Part shown: positions 62,388 through 64,000 of the stretch, piece after piece
Position numbering within the stretch: the first letter of the stretch is position 1
Layout of the letters: every line of letters starts with the position of its first letter
Assembly: GCA_035272385.1 (NCBI GenBank)
Contig: DATEQS010000007.1
Span: 35,218 to 99,217, forward strand
Direction of reading: 5' to 3'
DNA length: 64,000 nt
DNA from: Thermoplasmata archaeon
GTDB taxonomy: Archaea; Thermoplasmatota; Thermoplasmata; Lutacidiplasmatales; UBA184
The notes under the pieces: generated by a model
What the model saw: the letters and a program-made list of their open reading frames with translations, nothing else
Told to the model about the DNA's origin: nothing
The model's database searches: none
Translations under genes and position numbers: made by a program

Positions 62388-63833
62388 TCATGTCAACGAG
62401 TAGGCAATCAGCTGGTCTCCCGCCGCAACGAAGAGGTTCCCGGGGGCCGCCGCGGGGGTGATGAAGTGGTCGACCGCGCCCAGGGAGAACCAGAACATCT
62501 GTGCTCCGGTCGAGAAGTTGAACCCCCTCAGCGACGCGTTATCCGTGTCGACCACCCAAACTACGTTCCCGGTCACGACCGGTGCGCCGCTGTCGAACCC
62601 CGCAGTCTGCCACGCCACCGAGAAGTTGGCCGCCCCGACGTCCACCTTGACGACCCCGTCCGTGCAGGCGACGAGGAGCGATTCCCCGACGTGGGCCGTG
62701 CCGGCGTAGGCTCCTCCGCAGATGCTCTTGTTGTAGAGCTGGCCTCCGATGCCCCCGAGATTGGTCCCGGACAGGAGATAGCCGACCCCCTCTTTGCCGG
62801 CCTGAAACACGTCCCCGTTCGGTAGGACCGTGGGAGCCTGCGAGCCGAGGTCGGTGTCGTCCTGATTCAGTTGGGCCCAGTTCGTGGGCGCGAAGTACCC
62901 CAGTTCCTGGAGCGACGGCGAGAGCTCGATGACGCTGTCGCCGTGGTCGAAGGTCGTCGACGAATCGCCGTTTCCGGTCGCGACGTAGAGGTCCCCGTTC
63001 GCCGCGACGGCGAGGCCGGCCGGACCCCAGATGCCCCCTTCTCGGTGGGTCGGCACCTGATAGGAGACCAGCCCGCCCGAGCCACCAATCGGAACTCCGA
63101 CGACGTAGCCATGGTAGTTGGCACAGTCACCGAAGAGGCCGCCGTAGGGAATGTAGACCATGCTGTTCGCAAAGACGAGGGCTCCCCGTTCCTGCTGGGC
63201 GGTCGAAGTGGACCCCGGGGCGTCGGCCGGGACCTGGGACAGCACGGTTCCGTTGTCGATGTTGAGTCCGAAGAGCACATGCTCTGCCGGGTTGAGGAAG
63301 GCGACCACGTAGAGGGTGCGGGTGGCCAGGTCGATCACCGGCGTTCCCGTGATCCCGCTCGGGTTGATGTCGCCACAGGGCAGGGCGGAACCGGCCACGG
63401 GGCTGCCGAGATGCGTGTGCCAGAGCACGCCTCCGCTCGAGGCGTTGATGGAGTAGACCGTGTTGTCTTCCGTGGCCACGAACACGGAATTTCCGCACAC
63501 AAGGGGCTCGGCGTACACCTGCCCGTCGAGAGCGGTGGGGCCGCTCCATTCGGAGTGGACCCCGGTGACCGCGGCCATCGGTTCGACTCCGGAGCGGACG
63601 TTGTCGCCATGGTACGTCGTCCAGTTGCCGTCGACCCCACCGGCGGAGGCTGACACCGCGGAGGAGGGGGACGAAGAGCAGCTCGCCGGTGGCGGGGGAG
63701 GGGACTTCTTCCCCGAACTCGACGCGGACGGGACGAGGACGATATACGAGGTGACCCCGGCCACCGCGACGAGGGCGATGATCAAGACGACGAGGATCAA
63801 CCTCGTACTGTTCTTCATGACCGGGGTCCGCAC
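62388..63833 (-). CDS. Secreted/anchored PQQ-like (BamB-type) beta-propeller repeat protein
   Basis: N-terminal TM, a Ser/Pro linker, and repeated ...G.V(Y/W)... propeller blades (VFVATEDNTVYSINASSGGVLW, GDLYVATGNG, etc.). Confidence 0.7.
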   Translation of the reverse strand: MRTPVMKNSTRLILVVLIIALVAVAGVTSYIVLVPSASSSGKKSPPPPPASCSSSPSSAVSASAGGVDGNWTTYHGDNVRSGVEPMAAVTGVHSEWSGPTALDGQVYAEPLVCGNSVFVATEDNTVYSINASSGGVLWHTHLGSPVAGSALPCGDINPSGITGTPVIDLATRTLYVVAFLNPAEHVLFGLNIDNGTVLSQVPADAPGSTSTAQQERGALVFANSMVYIPYGGLFGDCANYHGYVVGVPIGGSGGLVSYQVPTHREGGIWGPAGLAVAANGDLYVATGNGDSSTTFDHGDSVIELSPSLQELGYFAPTNWAQLNQDDTDLGSQAPTVLPNGDVFQAGKEGVGYLLSGTNLGGIGGQLYNKSICGGAYAGTAHVGESLLVACTDGVVKVDVGAANFSVAWQTAGFDSGAPVVTGNVVWVVDTDNASLRGFNFSTGAQMFWFSLGAVDHFITPAAAPGNLFVAAGDQLIAYSLT

Positions 63834-64000
63834 CCGAGAGAACGAACTGCGGCGCTCCGAACCCCCATTCTCTCGCCTCTCATCCTCGTGAGGATCATGC
63901 TCGAATCTCCCTGTTGAAGGTTCCTATTTTCCGCGGGTTTTCCGAGGGCGCCCTCCGACGCGGAGGATTCTTCGAGCCGCCGCGGACCGGAGTTACGAGG

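Noticed and set aside
1-64000. CRISPR arrays, cas genes, transposases, integrases, IS elements, rRNA genes and prophage genes.
   Set aside because: I looked for regularly spaced direct repeats and for hallmark motifs (DDE/HUH transposases, tyrosine recombinase R..HxxR..Y) in all frames of the ORF track and found none. The TA islet therefore cannot be called a mobile element from this window.

Overview
This is a high-GC archaeal chromosomal segment. Archaeal hallmarks are ribosomal protein L40e, a LysW carrier-protein amino-acid biosynthesis operon, geranylgeranyl reductase with a partner ferredoxin, archease, TrmI, a Pcc1-like ORF, and AT-rich TATA boxes 20-35 nt upstream of start codons (leaderless or short-leader geometry). 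I cannot assign the lineage without searches; it is probably euryarchaeal or Thermoplasmatota-like (low confidence). Most of the window is densely packed housekeeping operons whose genes are chained by 4-nt NTGA stop/start overlaps. These include: a UbiD-family decarboxylase plus fused aconitase-X (archaeal mevalonate pathway); a MacB-type ABC exporter; PiT; pirin; argG-argH-lysW-lysX-lysY-lysZ-lysJ-lysK; NiCoT-NikR; a glycogen-debranching-like enzyme; an ABC-2 exporter, flavin reductase and TrxB; ferredoxin-GGR; IleRS; a serA/aminotransferase pair; a MoxR-DUF58-DUF4129 module; TrmI; tRNA-Gly(GCC); Nudix; DUF169; and a PQQ-like propeller protein. The first ~4.5 kb looks more AT-rich by eye and is a small accessory islet of toxin-antitoxin-type genes (RHH antitoxin-like ORF, MNT-HEPN, class II Fic, VapBC). 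The observations I consider most worth following are: (1) six copies of an intergenic hairpin palindrome, GGTGCAA-N6-TTGCACC, found only in the first 15.5 kb; (2) a tandem pair of paralogous small secreted Cys-capped proteins, coupled to a Pro-rich membrane protein, with no family I recognise; (3) a reversed-order (small then large) AcnX fusion next to the UbiD decarboxylase. Two probable start-codon anomalies (a Pcc1-like ORF and archease) are also worth a look. All functional calls rest on motif and family recognition by eye from the translated ORFs; no database search was possible. Many long ORFs in the supplied track are antisense or alternate-frame artefacts of the high GC content, and I rejected them.
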